DNA of 62,961 bases, counting the filler, from Dimargaris cristalligena (taxonomy: Eukaryota), in NCBI GenBank assembly GCA_003614675.1. It is 6 parts of 6 records of this genome, joined end to end, with 100 filler letters (N's around TTAATTAATTAA, not from the genome) between each part and the next. Parts side by side here need not be neighbours in the genome. Positions count along the whole stretch, not along the records: positions 21,042 to 31,459 come from ML003185.1; positions 31,560 to 41,963 come from ML003187.1; 4 more parts are not named here. One strand, 5' to 3'. Made by a program: the position numbers and the translations under genes. Under the pieces are notes generated by a model. The model saw only the letters and a list, made by a program, of their open reading frames with translations, was not told where the DNA came from and did no database searches. Shown here piece by piece: positions 26,829-38,891 of the stretch. Position 1 is the stretch's first letter. Each line of letters starts with the position of its first letter.

Positions 26829-29387
26829 ATGTTGAATTTAAAAGAAACCAGGCTGAAAATCATCAACCTACGCAAAGAGGTAACCATAACCACTCCCAAT
26901 CGGGCCAATTCGAATGGGGTTCCTCGGACTATTCATAGTGCTCTGTCCTGTTCTCGGAGAGGTCAGGCATTCCCAAGGAGTGCCTTGCTAATCGGCTTTG
27001 TCCACTGTCCAATGCCGTACTTGGCAGACCGAACCCCCATTTTCAACGCTTATTAGCAATGCAAGCATGAGGCTTTTCAAATGCCCTCTGCCTTTTCATT
27101 GGATTTACTTCATCATTCTCATTGTTAAGTTTTCTTATTATGCTATTGCTATTTATGCCGCTGGAAATAGGCCAAGAATCAGCGCCAGGGCATCCGGCGG
27201 AGGCAAAAAGAGGCCCGAGATGCCGATACACCTTTTGAAACGGATAAGGAACAGGAGGCACGCATCATGGATCTCATTGCCCGTGCCGACAAGATGCGTA
27301 GCCAGTTGATTCTGGACCAGATGGTAAGTGACCTTTTCTCTTTATCGTATTTAATGGGCGTTGGCTTAGGAGGTAGTTATATCTATCCCCCTCTTCCTAT
27401 ATCCACGCAGACTTGTATACAAAGGCTATATAACCCCAACTGCGTGTTTTTAACTAACCACTGTTTTTATTACTCCCTTACTATCGGGTTTTATCATCTT
27501 TGTTGATTTTTTTCAATAGAAATTCCTTCGGGATAGTCTTCGTCGCACCGTGGCTTACCAGCGTAAGGCAGACCTCCAGCGAATCAAAGGCGCTATTATC
27601 GTCCAACAAAAGGTTGAAAGGTAAATTAAAACCCCCTATCCGTTGGTTGATTCTCGCGATTGTACGTGCTCGGGAACCAAGATCATAATGAGCCCTTTCG
27701 GTGTCCTTAAGCACCCTTGTTGTATTGATATTCATTGAAATTTGACTAGTTGTTTCACACCTTTTGGACTGCCTTAAATAGCGAATGTGCCGAATCAGAG
27801 GAAGCCAAATCGAAAATTGCCAAACTCAAAATGGACGCCAATGTCACTCATGTAAGTTATATTGCTGGCCAAGTTTCAGTCAAGGAGCCGGTGGCTTACT
27901 ATCCGTTGAGCAGATATTGCCTCTGGTACCCCCAAGGGTCTAATTCGGATCAGTCGGCTTTTTCTCATTAATTCATTGCGGTTTTTCAATTCGCAGTCTC
28001 GTATTTTTTACCACACATCGGTAAACACTCACACCAACTATAAGTAATTCATTATTTACGTTGATGGTGTACTTCTGATTACTCTGATTTAAAAACATTA
28101 TAGCAAGCCGACAATGATGTGTTATGCGATTTGATTTTGCGGGCTACTGTTGAGAAAGCCAAGGACTCATCCAATAGCAATATATTGACGCACGTCCTTA
28201 AGCATATGGACCTCGCCGATATCCCACTGGAACAAGTGCCGATATTAATCTCTAAACCACCCACCCAGAAGAGCGGCGAACCCCAAAAAGTAAATGAGGA
28301 GGCCGAAAAAGACCCGGAGATTGACTCTGGTGCTGCTGCTTCTGCTACCGGCCTTGAAAACACCGAGTTGCAGCAAAAGGCTCTCAGGCGCCTTCACAAA
28401 TCCCTGCTCGCCAACAAAATCGTAATTAAGCTCCTCGAAAAGCAGATGGAAGATGTTCTTCTCACCTCCGGCTCCATCCGGAGTATCAGTGCCTACTCCA
28501 AGGCCGCCAAGCCGGCCGGCGGTAAGCCAGCCTCTGCCAATAACCATTCACAATCTAGTCGGAATAGTGGTAAAGCCAACCGGGTCGGGGATGATGGCAA
28601 CACGAGTGATACCTCGTCCGTCGGTTCGGGCATTCCAGGATGGAACGTGGTTGATCGCAAGCAAACCCCAGGTAAAAGTGCTAAACGAGACAAGCGTTCA
28701 CGCGATGATTCGGGCTCTGACCCCGATTCAGGTTCAGGCTCCGACTCCAATACCAAGCGCGACGGTGCGTCCAAGAACAAACCGAAACGGGCCGGGCAGC
28801 GGGCTAGACGAAAGTAAGTATTGGGGCTCTCACCTTCCAATTATTCTCGTTAGGAGTATGTTCTATAAAGGATATATTCAGCCGGTGATTTCACCATTAT
28901 ACATATATATATATGTATATATATAATCGCTTAATGGGTGTTGTCAAGGTAGCGTAAACAACACCGCGGTGGACCGTCACCCCAACTGCTCCGCTGCTAA
29001 TTAATATCCGAATACACTATTTCATTGTTTCTATGTCTACTTTACTCTTGTAGGGAATTCCTAAAATCAATGTCGGTAGATGAAGAGCGCATCCAGCGCT
29101 TTAAATCCAAGAAACAGCGTATTCCAGTTCGCCTATTGAAGACCTCCACTAACCCGCAACTTCTCACTGACGCTGCGGTGGTCGGTGCCCGGAACACTCA
29201 ATCCACCCAGCAAACAGCGGCTGGGTTTGGCCAATCCAAGCCCACTACCTCAAAGCCCGCCACTTCTTCGGCGGCCGATGCCACCCTACATCCATCATGG
29301 GAGGCCAAGAAACGCCAACGGGAGTTGTTACAGTCAGCTAACAGTGCCAGTGTATCGCAGAACAAAAAGATCGTCTTTGATGATTAA
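26829..29387 (+). CDS. BUD22: Bud22/SRFBP1-family ribosome biogenesis protein, 6 exons
   Basis: Exons 26829-26879, 27171-27323, 27520-27620, 27782-27851, 28104-28813, 29054-29387 splice in frame. Signature motifs KRAGQRARR, LHPSWEAKK and terminal NKKIVFDD. Confidence 0.88.
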
Positions 29388-31459
29388 GGACCAGTTATAC
29401 TCTATTTTTCCTGCTAGCTTTATATTATTTTCTAAGCACTAGGGTAATGCAGAGTGTTTTTAAAAAAAGGCCATGGTGCTTAGCTGGAGTGGCATCCGAC
29501 CTACAATAGCTTTTCAAGTACACATTACTGTATTCGCCCGGACTATTTATGTTTAATAATATGTGCGTGACCAGCATGAACTGCAGTCGAATGGTGCTCC
29601 TCTAGCTCTACGAATGCGGATGAATAGACAGTGATTGCCTCAATGCATGCAGAAACCGCTTAGCTTTAACAGTTGAAATACGAGATGGCCAACCCATTAC
29701 AATGCATTAGCATAGTGTAGCGGGTTTTTAAATGGAAAAGCCGCATCATTAGAAATGGATGAGGAGGGATATTCAACGTAGCCGTAAAGGATTTAGAAGT
29801 TGTTAGGATTATAAGATGTTTATTATTCCCGGTGGGAGTATATCCAGTAATGAGTGGCTAAAGCAACACCTGATCCTGGTGCGTTAGGGCTCGGTATTCG
29901 AGGCAGCCATTCCACATATTTATTCATACTTTTTTTTTGCGTATTGGTTGATGGTACAAACGGCTTCTTTGATGGATGGGATTCTCGGGAAAAGTCACCA
30001 CATGCCCTTTCAGTCAGATAACGCGGTAATACATGCCATCATAATTGTCCAGACCCGACTTGCCGAGAAACAATATCGCGCTACCTGGATTGGCCTGCTC
30101 AAGCTCCGGGTTTGCATTTAATTGGGCATGTAAGGGCTGTGATGAAGTCTGCTCCGGATAAGAACCCGCGCCACTGTTCAAAAGGAGACGCGAAGCATGC
30201 TGTTTCGGCTATATAGGGGGTTATAGATATCGACTGCCCACTGACATTGTAAGCGAACGCTAGATAGAATTGAAGCTGTGGTTGCTATAAAGGGGGGTGC
30301 GACCGGGTATTAAGGATCAGTATACTTCCTTATTTCGGTTTTCAAGGTCATTCATTTGTACCTTGTGAGATAATGCTTACACACAGATAATGGCAATTAA
30401 GTATTGGAGGGGAAACCTAATTTATCCGACACCAAGACTTTTTGTCGCTCTTGCTGTTCATGACTGTAAATGAAACTCCCTGTAAATTGCCAGGTTTGCC
30501 TCATATCCCAATATTTATTAAATGCCAGTCGCCCAAAATATCTGTTATTTCAGTTGAGCTATGCACTATCCCCCCGGTTTACAATTAGGCGATTTCTATG
30601 GTAGTAAATTTGATCAGTTAAGCCTAATGGGCTAATTACCATTTATTTTGAAACAACACATGATAATTATAGATTAAGCCATTGCGCTCAGTGAGGCCTA
30701 TTTCAGCAAACATATAAATGTGGCCTTAATGGTTTTATTCATAGTCATATATGAAGCGAAATATATACCTTTATTCATATTTCGAAATGATGTATATGAG
30801 TGAAATCAAACTCCACCGTGAAGATATATGTATGTATTACCAATGGTACTGTAAATGGAGTTATTGACTAAGCCAAAAAGCCCCCCTCCTAATCGGTTTT
30901 CTTATTAGGCAACCAGGCCGATTCCATCCCCCCATCATGTCATCAAAGTGATGGCTACTAGGACCATCATTCAAATCCCCCAACAGTTTGGTCTGTTTTT
31001 AATTTTAAAACCCTGTCGTTCCACCAAACCGGCATTGTGGTCGCACTTAATACCACAAGGTAATATAGCCTGATAACCTTATCAGGGCCGACTGGAGCAG
31101 TCTTGGTCTGGTGGAAAAACTAACTAACTAAGGAAAACACACACTCGGCGGGGACGATTCTTATCTGATCTTCAGATAGGGACAACTAGGGCAGCCAGGG
31201 ATCACACAGGGATCCTTCTAATGTATGGTAGATAAGGCACAATGAATGGGCTTAGGCCAAATGGACGATAGGAATAGAACAAGACCGGTGTATCGAAATA
31301 ACTAACTGGTAAACTATACTTAATGTAAAAACTGCCTATTTATTAGGAGAATACCCAACGGGTATTTATATGAAGATGTAATAAAAAAGACCACCAATGT
31401 TGGTGGCTCTGAGAGTACTAAGTCTGGGGATATGCCTCAGACTCCTATAACTAAATGAT

Positions 31460-31559
31460 NNNNNNNNNNNNNNNNNNNNNNNNNNNNNNNNNNNNNNNNN
31501 NNNTTAATTAATTAANNNNNNNNNNNNNNNNNNNNNNNNNNNNNNNNNNNNNNNNNNNN
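31460..31559. other. Artificial contig linker
   Basis: N44-TTAATTAATTAA-N44. Confidence 0.98.
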
Positions 31560-31724
31560 CCTGAACTATCGAGTCTGACTTGCCCCCTTCACTATATATC
31601 TATATATATATATATTGCCTATTGTCGGATTACTAACCCGTCTACCCGTTCCTAATTTCTTATCCACTTTGTATTGGCCCACCTCTTTTATCGGTTTCCA
31701 TTATCCTCCCTTTACACCCACCAG

Positions 31725-32150
31725 TACGACCATAAGCGGATCTCCTATCTTTCCAAGCGTCTCATCGACGGCATTACCTCACAATTAGATCACGTTGTTC
31801 GGAATGGCGACGCAGTACACACCTACCCAGGCTGCGTCAACCTGTCGTTCGCCTATGTGGAGGGCGAGTCCCTGCTAATGGCCCTCAAAGACATTGCCCT
31901 CTCCTCGGGGAGTGCCTGTACATCCGCTTCACTCGAACCCTCCTACGTGCTTCGGGCGCTCGGGGCTGAAGAAGACATGGCCCATAGCTCCATTCGGTTC
32001 GGTATCGGGCGGTTCACCACCGAAAGTGAAATCGATTACGTGGTGGCCAAGGTCGTCACCCACGTTAACCGACTACGGGAAATGAGCCCGCTCTGGGAAA
32101 TGGTCCAGGAGGGTATCGACATCAAGAGTATCCAATGGTCCCAGCACTAA
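31725..32150 (+). CDS. NFS1: Mitochondrial cysteine desulfurase, last exon only (upstream exons off contig)
   Basis: CAG acceptor ending at 31724. [47 protein letters not shown] contains the catalytic Cys; C-terminus is [25 protein letters not shown]. Confidence 0.97.
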   Translation, partial: YDHKRISYLSKRLIDGITSQLDHVVRNGDAVHTYPGCVNLSFAYVEGESLLMALKDIALSSGSACTSASLEPSYVLRALGAEEDMAHSSIRFGIGRFTTESEIDYVVAKVVTHVNRLREMSPLWEMVQEGIDIKSIQWSQH

Positions 32151-32587
32151 GTGATATAATATATATATATATATATATATATACGAGAATAGCGCGCTCT
32201 CCCAATTATGTGGAAGTTGATGGTTCTGACCACCATTCGATCAAATGACATTGGCCCATTTTGAATCAATAAGAAAGCAAATATCCTAATCGCACCGAAA
32301 TCAATTACTCTCTTACCTTTTTTAAAATGAAATGACCCACCCAACAACACTAACAATTTGCATACATAATGACTAAGGAGAGCAGCGGTTTAACGGTCGT
32401 TGTTCCATTCATTAGATATATTCTGGTTGTGTAGACCCCCATAGGAATGGAGGTCGAGGCTTGGTTTTAATGGCATGTTATTTTGGCCTTGTAGTTGGAT
32501 CTGAACCGGTGTCTTAATAGCATTCGTGGTCTAGAGGAGGAGGGTAACATGTCTTGGACGGATGTAATATAGGCACATCGTGTTAAT

Positions 32588-33305
32588 TCTTACGATGTTG
32601 TACAGAAAAATCATCCAAGGCAACAGCCACCTTTAAGTTGAAGCTCTACATGTCATCGGTGCTGTAAGCGTAGTCTTTCGCGGCAGAAGCCATCTGGCTG
32701 TTTTGACGAAGAAGGTATTACTTTTCGAATCCGTTGGAGTGATCTAATAATGCAGGTATGGTCAATGTAATAATCATTAACCTACTGTTAGAACATAAAT
32801 AAGAAGCGAATCCGGATGAGATTGCTGAAAGTTTAATGTCGTCCGGATATGAGCGAGAGTTGGATAAGCTAAAGTCCAGTCCCAAGAATGTAGGTCACTG
32901 AGGAAGAATGGCAATATAGCACCGGCGCCGAATAACTTACCCACACCTTCCCACCGGAAGCCCGGTTTGGTATTAAATTCATTAGACCGGCCGGGCGGTC
33001 TTTCGGATACCAGTCGCTGGGGCCCATGCTTTCCCCTTTCTTGACCATCAACGCCGTCGCGGGACCGTTCCACCGGGGCGGGTCGCGTAGCTCCGTATTA
33101 TAGGCCCGCTCGCCTTTATACCGGACCAATGCTAACTGGCTTTCCGCTTCGAACCGCCGGGCCGCCGCGCGTTGTTTCCGATTTTGCAAGACCCCTCGGT
33201 TCCATTGTTTCTGCCGTTGCCGTCATTCGGTCTCCCGCGCCTGCTTGCTGCGTGTGAGTCTCGCTCCCGAGCTTAGGTTGGTTACCTGGATTCGACCCGC
33301 CCGGC
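32588..33305 (-). pseudogene. Candidate degenerate spliced gene of unknown function
   Basis: The coding-like frame RAGRIQ...ARETE*RQRQKQWNRGVLQNRKQRAAARRFEAE...GGKVW has an in-frame TGA at 33225-33223 and ends at a GTAAGT donor (32940-32935). The downstream exon-like segment also contains stops. Boundaries approximate. Confidence 0.3.
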
Positions 33306-34262
33306 TTAGAGAAAAATACTTTAGAAATAGCAATACAATTGGGCGAAAGGGAAGCAAGCAGCTAGAGGACGGTAAGTGCCTTTAGGCATTTGGATTTTAT
33401 TGAATATTATGGCCGATTGGGGGTATATTAAGTATTTAAAATCAAAGGATATCTTGGAATCTAATAACCAATGGAATTAGACAGAGCCGGGATATAAGGG
33501 TTGAGCTGCATCTCCCCCAAGTGTCACATTAACTTAGAGGGGATTTCGAGCGATCCTATTGGTCGAAATCATATATAATAAATACTACCGCAGAGAGCTT
33601 AGCCATCTCCTTGTCGTTCTTTCTTCCTTATTATTCTTAGCTACTTCAATTGACGCTGACCAATGGAGCATCGCGATAAAGAATAGTGGTAGCAGCGTGT
33701 ACTTTATCCAGTTGATAAATTCCCGACTGCCATAGCGCCCCAGCCGGTGTTGAGAATCTCGCCATCGGAGTTCAGGTGTCATTAATATAATGGCAAGGCT
33801 CGCCCCATACAAGTTTTGCTGTGCTTAATGTATTCAGGCACAATGGTGGCACGTACAGGTTTTCAAGACATTATACCCTGTTTAGCCCCAAACAGTCGGT
33901 CTGAGAGATAGTAGAGGGCTGTCAAAGCTGTTGGAGCTAAATACGGCGCAAACCCACGGAGGTTTTTTTAGTAGGTGTTTTGACTATTGGTCTTCCACAT
34001 TAAATCGCCGAGAGTCTTAGGATAATCTATTTGGCACACTGCTGGGTCGCTTAATATGCCACGTAACTCTTTCGATGAGGAGCGACAACTACTTTAGTAT
34101 CTACGTGATGACGAGGCTTTATACAGGCAAGAAAAGGGCCGCCTCTTCACTTATCTTACTACCCTTATAATCGCCATTCCCCTGCGGCTACTTGGGACTG
34201 TAGCTGGGGCATTCTCACCGACCAACCAATCAGATGACATCGGTTTAATCGTTCTATTTTTG

Positions 34263-34648
34263 GCCAAGGGAAGAGGGGGAGGTGGTCTTGGCATGGGCAA
34301 AGTTAGGGCTCGGTTGTACAGGGAGTGTCCCTGATTGGCCAGAAACTAGGAAGTGCCAAGACCACCCCGCTCGCCAATGCCATTGGTTAAGGTGAAGGAT
34401 GCTTCTGCCCAGAAATTCGTTTCCTCCCCTAATGAACCGAGGGCAGTGTGTGTGTTAATATCGGTACCATTTGCCAACTCTGGTCCAAACGTGTTTTTGG
34501 CTATACAGACAGAGAAGACTCGTTTAAGTAATATGCGGGATAAATAAGCGTGCACCACAAAGCCAAGTCTTTTTCCTCTGCTGGAGTTATCTAATAATTA
34601 CTTGGCTGGATGGGGCGGGGTTAGTACTATAGGAAAAGACGGCTTGGC
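34263..34648. promoter_or_regulatory. Cluster of six PacC/Rim101 consensus sites (GCCAAG) in the pacC promoter
   Basis: GCCAAG at 34263, 34355, 34562 and CTTGGC at 34287, 34601, 34643. CCAAT boxes at 34226 (+) and 34331-34338 (-). TATAAA at 34811-34816. Confidence 0.75.
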
Positions 34649-35256
34649 TATCCACTCCAACCACAGAGAAGCAGCCGAATCACACGGACTGCGTCACTGC
34701 CATTGTTTCCGTAGCCCGCTATCATTATGATTATGGGGATCACCTGGGTTACCTAGCATCCCTCCTTCAATGCGCATACAGGTAGAGTATACCCCGCCCC
34801 CAGTCATGTTTATAAAGCACTTATTCGGGAGCTTTTCCGCTTTTCCTTTCCTTTCCCTTCCTTTCCTTTAGTATTGCACTTATCCTCCTCGCCTTTTTCG
34901 ATTGAGTGAATTATATATATTATACTCTTGCCTCAGTCTCCTCTTCTCTGACTAATCCCTCTCTCTCCCTAACAGACTTTGTTGTATATTATCGCCTTAT
35001 AAACACAGTCGCTCTCAAGCCTTACTCCATCCATATACCACAGTAACTCGGTGCCCCCTCACCCTTTTATTCTAGGTGTCACTTACCCAACTCTAGTCGT
35101 TTGCCCAGGTGTCCCATTCCTTACTCCTATTCCTCTCTTTCCATTTTCTTACATTCCCCCGCATCTCGTATAACCTTGGTTCCCTCCTACTTATACTTGC
35201 CGTTATCCGCACCCTTACTTCCTTCACTTTCCCCGCCGGCCCTACCCCTTGTCACC

Positions 35257-38200
35257 ATGCCTCAGGATGAAGCCTCGGTTTTGACGGACCCCCCAGCCTC
35301 GATGCAATGCCATTGGGCGGGTTGTCTAGAAACGAGCTCTTTTGCTAATAGCATTATACTCTTTGACCACATCACCCAGTGCCATATTGGTCGCAAGGCT
35401 AGCAATAACCTCTGCCTCACCTGCCACTGGGACAACTGTCGTTTCCAAGCCAAGAAGCGGGATCACATCACCTCGCACATGCGGAGCCACATTGACTACC
35501 GTCCCCACCTTTGCCCGCTGTGCCAAAAGTCGTTTAAGCGACCCCAAGACCTGAAGAAGCACGAACGTACCCATATGGACACGCCGGCAGCGACTGCCAC
35601 GTCCACTGGATTGGCTGGCCACAAGCACCACCCCCTCACTTTGAGTCCCGAGTCGGCCGCCCTCTCCCCCGAGTACTACGCCTTGTATCCCAATGGCGCT
35701 TCCTCCCCCAATAGCGCCTACACCAACTACCTGTCGGTGTCTTCCCCTAACCCCTTCCCCGACTCGCCCAGTTCTATGCATGGTTTCGTGCCCGAATTAT
35801 CGCCTGACACCTCCATCCCCTCTACTGGTAAGTTGAGAGTCTTCCCCTCATTATCGCTAACCGGTCGTATTGTTCAGGGGTATCACCGGGGCTGTTTTTT
35901 TTTTGTTGGTGGGGGGGAGGGATATGCTGCCAATCCAGCTTTCCCAGCGGCTCCGTCTCCTCGCTAGTTGCGTGCAACCAGTTTAGGTAAAGGGGACCGC
36001 AGTCCTTTGCCCTCATCCCCCAGACCAACTTCGTGTGTGAAGACATCCTTATCTTCCCTCATGTAATCCACCGAGTCTAACCACGGCTTGTACCCTCCCT
36101 CACTTTCTACAACTGCTGTACCATTTGGCTTCCGTCCTTCTCTTGCTACATATACGTCATTCCACAGGTTTCACAGGATCCTACGCCAACTCGGACGTCT
36201 CTGACAACGAGGGCGGGCATACTAAGCCATCCCGTGGTCTGAAGAGGGGCAACCCGTTCGACGAACTGCTGGACACCGACCAGCGGGTTAAAGTAGCCAC
36301 TACGTACAATCAAGGTCCGTCACCTACCTCATCTTGGTGTAAAGCCACTGATATTGCTTTTCTCATTAACTAATTGCGGCATCCCCGCCCCTGTGTAGAT
36401 ACTAGCCCCGGGCTGTAATGTCACGGCCTGGGGATTCAGGCCCGGCTCTGGCTGGGTGCAACCCACTAAGCGAACACAGACGAGGGACACCGACTTTTCC
36501 TGACTATAGTCGTCTAGTAATTCTGGACGAAGGGGAACACTCCGGTGGACCAGCGATTCCCCGAGCGAGACGGACTCGGAGATGGCCGGGAGAGAAGTGG
36601 TGGAGTGAGGGGGGAGGATATCGGGAGTAAAGGGTGGGGGGAGTGGGGGGTCAAGAGGAAAATTTTGAAACACTTTTTGCCATACACGTACGCACACATA
36701 CACACACATTCTCTCACATTATCTATTTTCTTCATTAATCGAGTTTCGACTCGTATTTCTGGCATGGTCCAGCACACCTTTTGACAACAGTCCACCTTAC
36801 TTTGGGCTCGTTGCTTTCCATCTCCCCCCTTCGTAATAGCAGGGTAGGCCCCCTAATCTTTTGGCGATAAGCCTCTACCGCTTTCTCTTCCTCCCCCCAA
36901 GGCCCTTCTTTTATTTTCACTGCATTCTGTAACACTACGTCATTTTCTATGGCCCTGGGACCTACTACTGGCGCTGGATCGGCACAGGCGTACCTAGCTT
37001 TTTATTACTTTCTCCTCCTCTTACGACCCTCTCCCCCCCCACCCCCTCAATCCCTTACTACACTCCCCCTATCCCCCCTCCTCCTCCTTTTCCTATCTCG
37101 CTTAGTCATGAATAAAAGTGTTCGCTACCTGGTGCTTCCCCCCGTCTCGGTTCCTTAGATTATTCGTCACGAACTCTCGTCCTAGCCTTGTCTACAGCCA
37201 TGATGGGCTCTCCTGGATCTTCCCCGTCTTTGTGGCTTGTGGGCATTCCATTTGAACTTTCGTTGTTCCTAATAGATTGTCATTAGGGATGAGAAGGAAT
37301 AATTTGATTTTAATACCTCCTTACTATATTGTATATGCATATTTGTCCCTCCCACTATACTACAGACACCCGTAATATCTTGGAGCGATTAATCGCCCAG
37401 AACGCCGTCGACTTGGTGGGCGCCGACAATACCAACCAGCTGGGAATGGATAGTTTACAGCAGCTGTACCACTTTTTTGAGGAAGTCTACCAACAGGCGG
37501 CGTCGGTCAATGTGGCCGAGGCTCTTGAAACGCCTGCTGCCCATAATTTGATACAGGGTGGTGGTGATCTCGCCATCGAATTCGATAGTAGCTCGACGGT
37601 TGGGGTGGTTCCCAGCCTGCCCCTCGCATCTGGGGTCCCCCACTTTGATATTACCGTGCAGCCGTTTGACGAAGCCGCCTATCAGTCCGCCTACTCTGGC
37701 GACACGTCGCTACCCATGAGCGCGGGGATGTCAGCGGCCCTACTCCAGCAGCAGGCCGCTGCGTTTATTTACCCGGGTTCGGCCGGACTGTCTCAAGTTC
37801 CGTTGAACTATTCGATTGGCCCAACCACTACCCCAATTTCGACCATGCCAGGCACCCCTATGGGCTATAATGGAATGATGGGCACCGCTATCCCCAAGGG
37901 CTTTATCCAGCAGGCTGTCCCCGTGGCGGAAATTGCCCAGTTCCAGCAGCCGGCCTACCAGTTCTACACCATGCAGCCGCAGATGAAGGCCCGGGAGGAT
38001 TCTTTGGATCCCGAGATTGTTGATCAGGTCTTCGGGGAGGTCATTGACGATAAGCAAGTCATGGAACCTGCTCCGAAGACGACTTGCCCCTCATCCCCAG
38101 CTGCTCCACCGTCGCCTCTCCCGACCCCTACCCCCGCCCTTACTCCAGCATCCCCGCCCACTGAGGATGTTCCTGCGGGCGATAGTGTCCACGCCGAAAG

Positions 38201-38891
38201 CCCTTCCTCTACCGCTGAATTAGAGCCTCGGTCGCCCAAGGCGCTTTCACAGCGATTGGTGAAGTCCGTATTGGTGTGCTCGCCGTCGTTGGTTGATAAG
38301 AAGTCTCCCCTGACGGCCTCGAACCCCACGCCCCCTACCGCCACCCGCACGTTCATGTACCCCTGCCGTCCCTACAACAAGAAGATCAGCATGACGGAGC
38401 ACCCCGGGGATGAGGAGGACTATGTCGATATTTCCCTGCAGACCAACCGTGCCCGCATTGGTGCCAAGGCCTCGCCTGCCAAGGCACTGGTTTCCCCGTC
38501 AGCGGCGGCAGTCCAACCCTCGGAGGCTAATCGCCATGCCGAACTTGCCGCCCGTGTATTGGCATGTCTCCAGAACCTGATGGCCCAGCGAGCCCAATCC
38601 ACTGACGCGGCAGCCGGCAGTAATGCGGCAGATGACGACGACTATATCAAGCTCGAAAAGGCTGACTGCATCCACTCGGAAACCATCCCCACGTCGCCCA
38701 AGGAAAACCTGCGTCAGCTGCTTCATGGGAAGAGCCGCTCGACCGACCGAGCAGGGTTCTCCCCAACCTCGTCACTCAAGGATGACTTGATCTCGCGTTT
38801 CCAGAAACTCTCAACCGCCGCCACCCCATCTTCTTCACCACCAGCCCTCTCTGCTTTCGACATTACTGTCTTACCCGACGATGCCGACTAG
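35257..38891 (+). CDS. pacC: pH-response C2H2 zinc-finger transcription factor PacC/Rim101, 3 exons, ~747 aa
   Basis: Exons 35257-35827, 36168-36314, 37366-38891 join in frame. Three PacC-type fingers: CHWAGC...HIGRKASNNLCLTCHWDNC...KRDHITSHMRSH..RPHLCPLCQKSFKRPQDLKKHERTH. The post-finger motif KRGNPFDELLDTDQRVKVATTYNQDTRNILERL spans the exon 2/3 junction. Confidence 0.95.
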
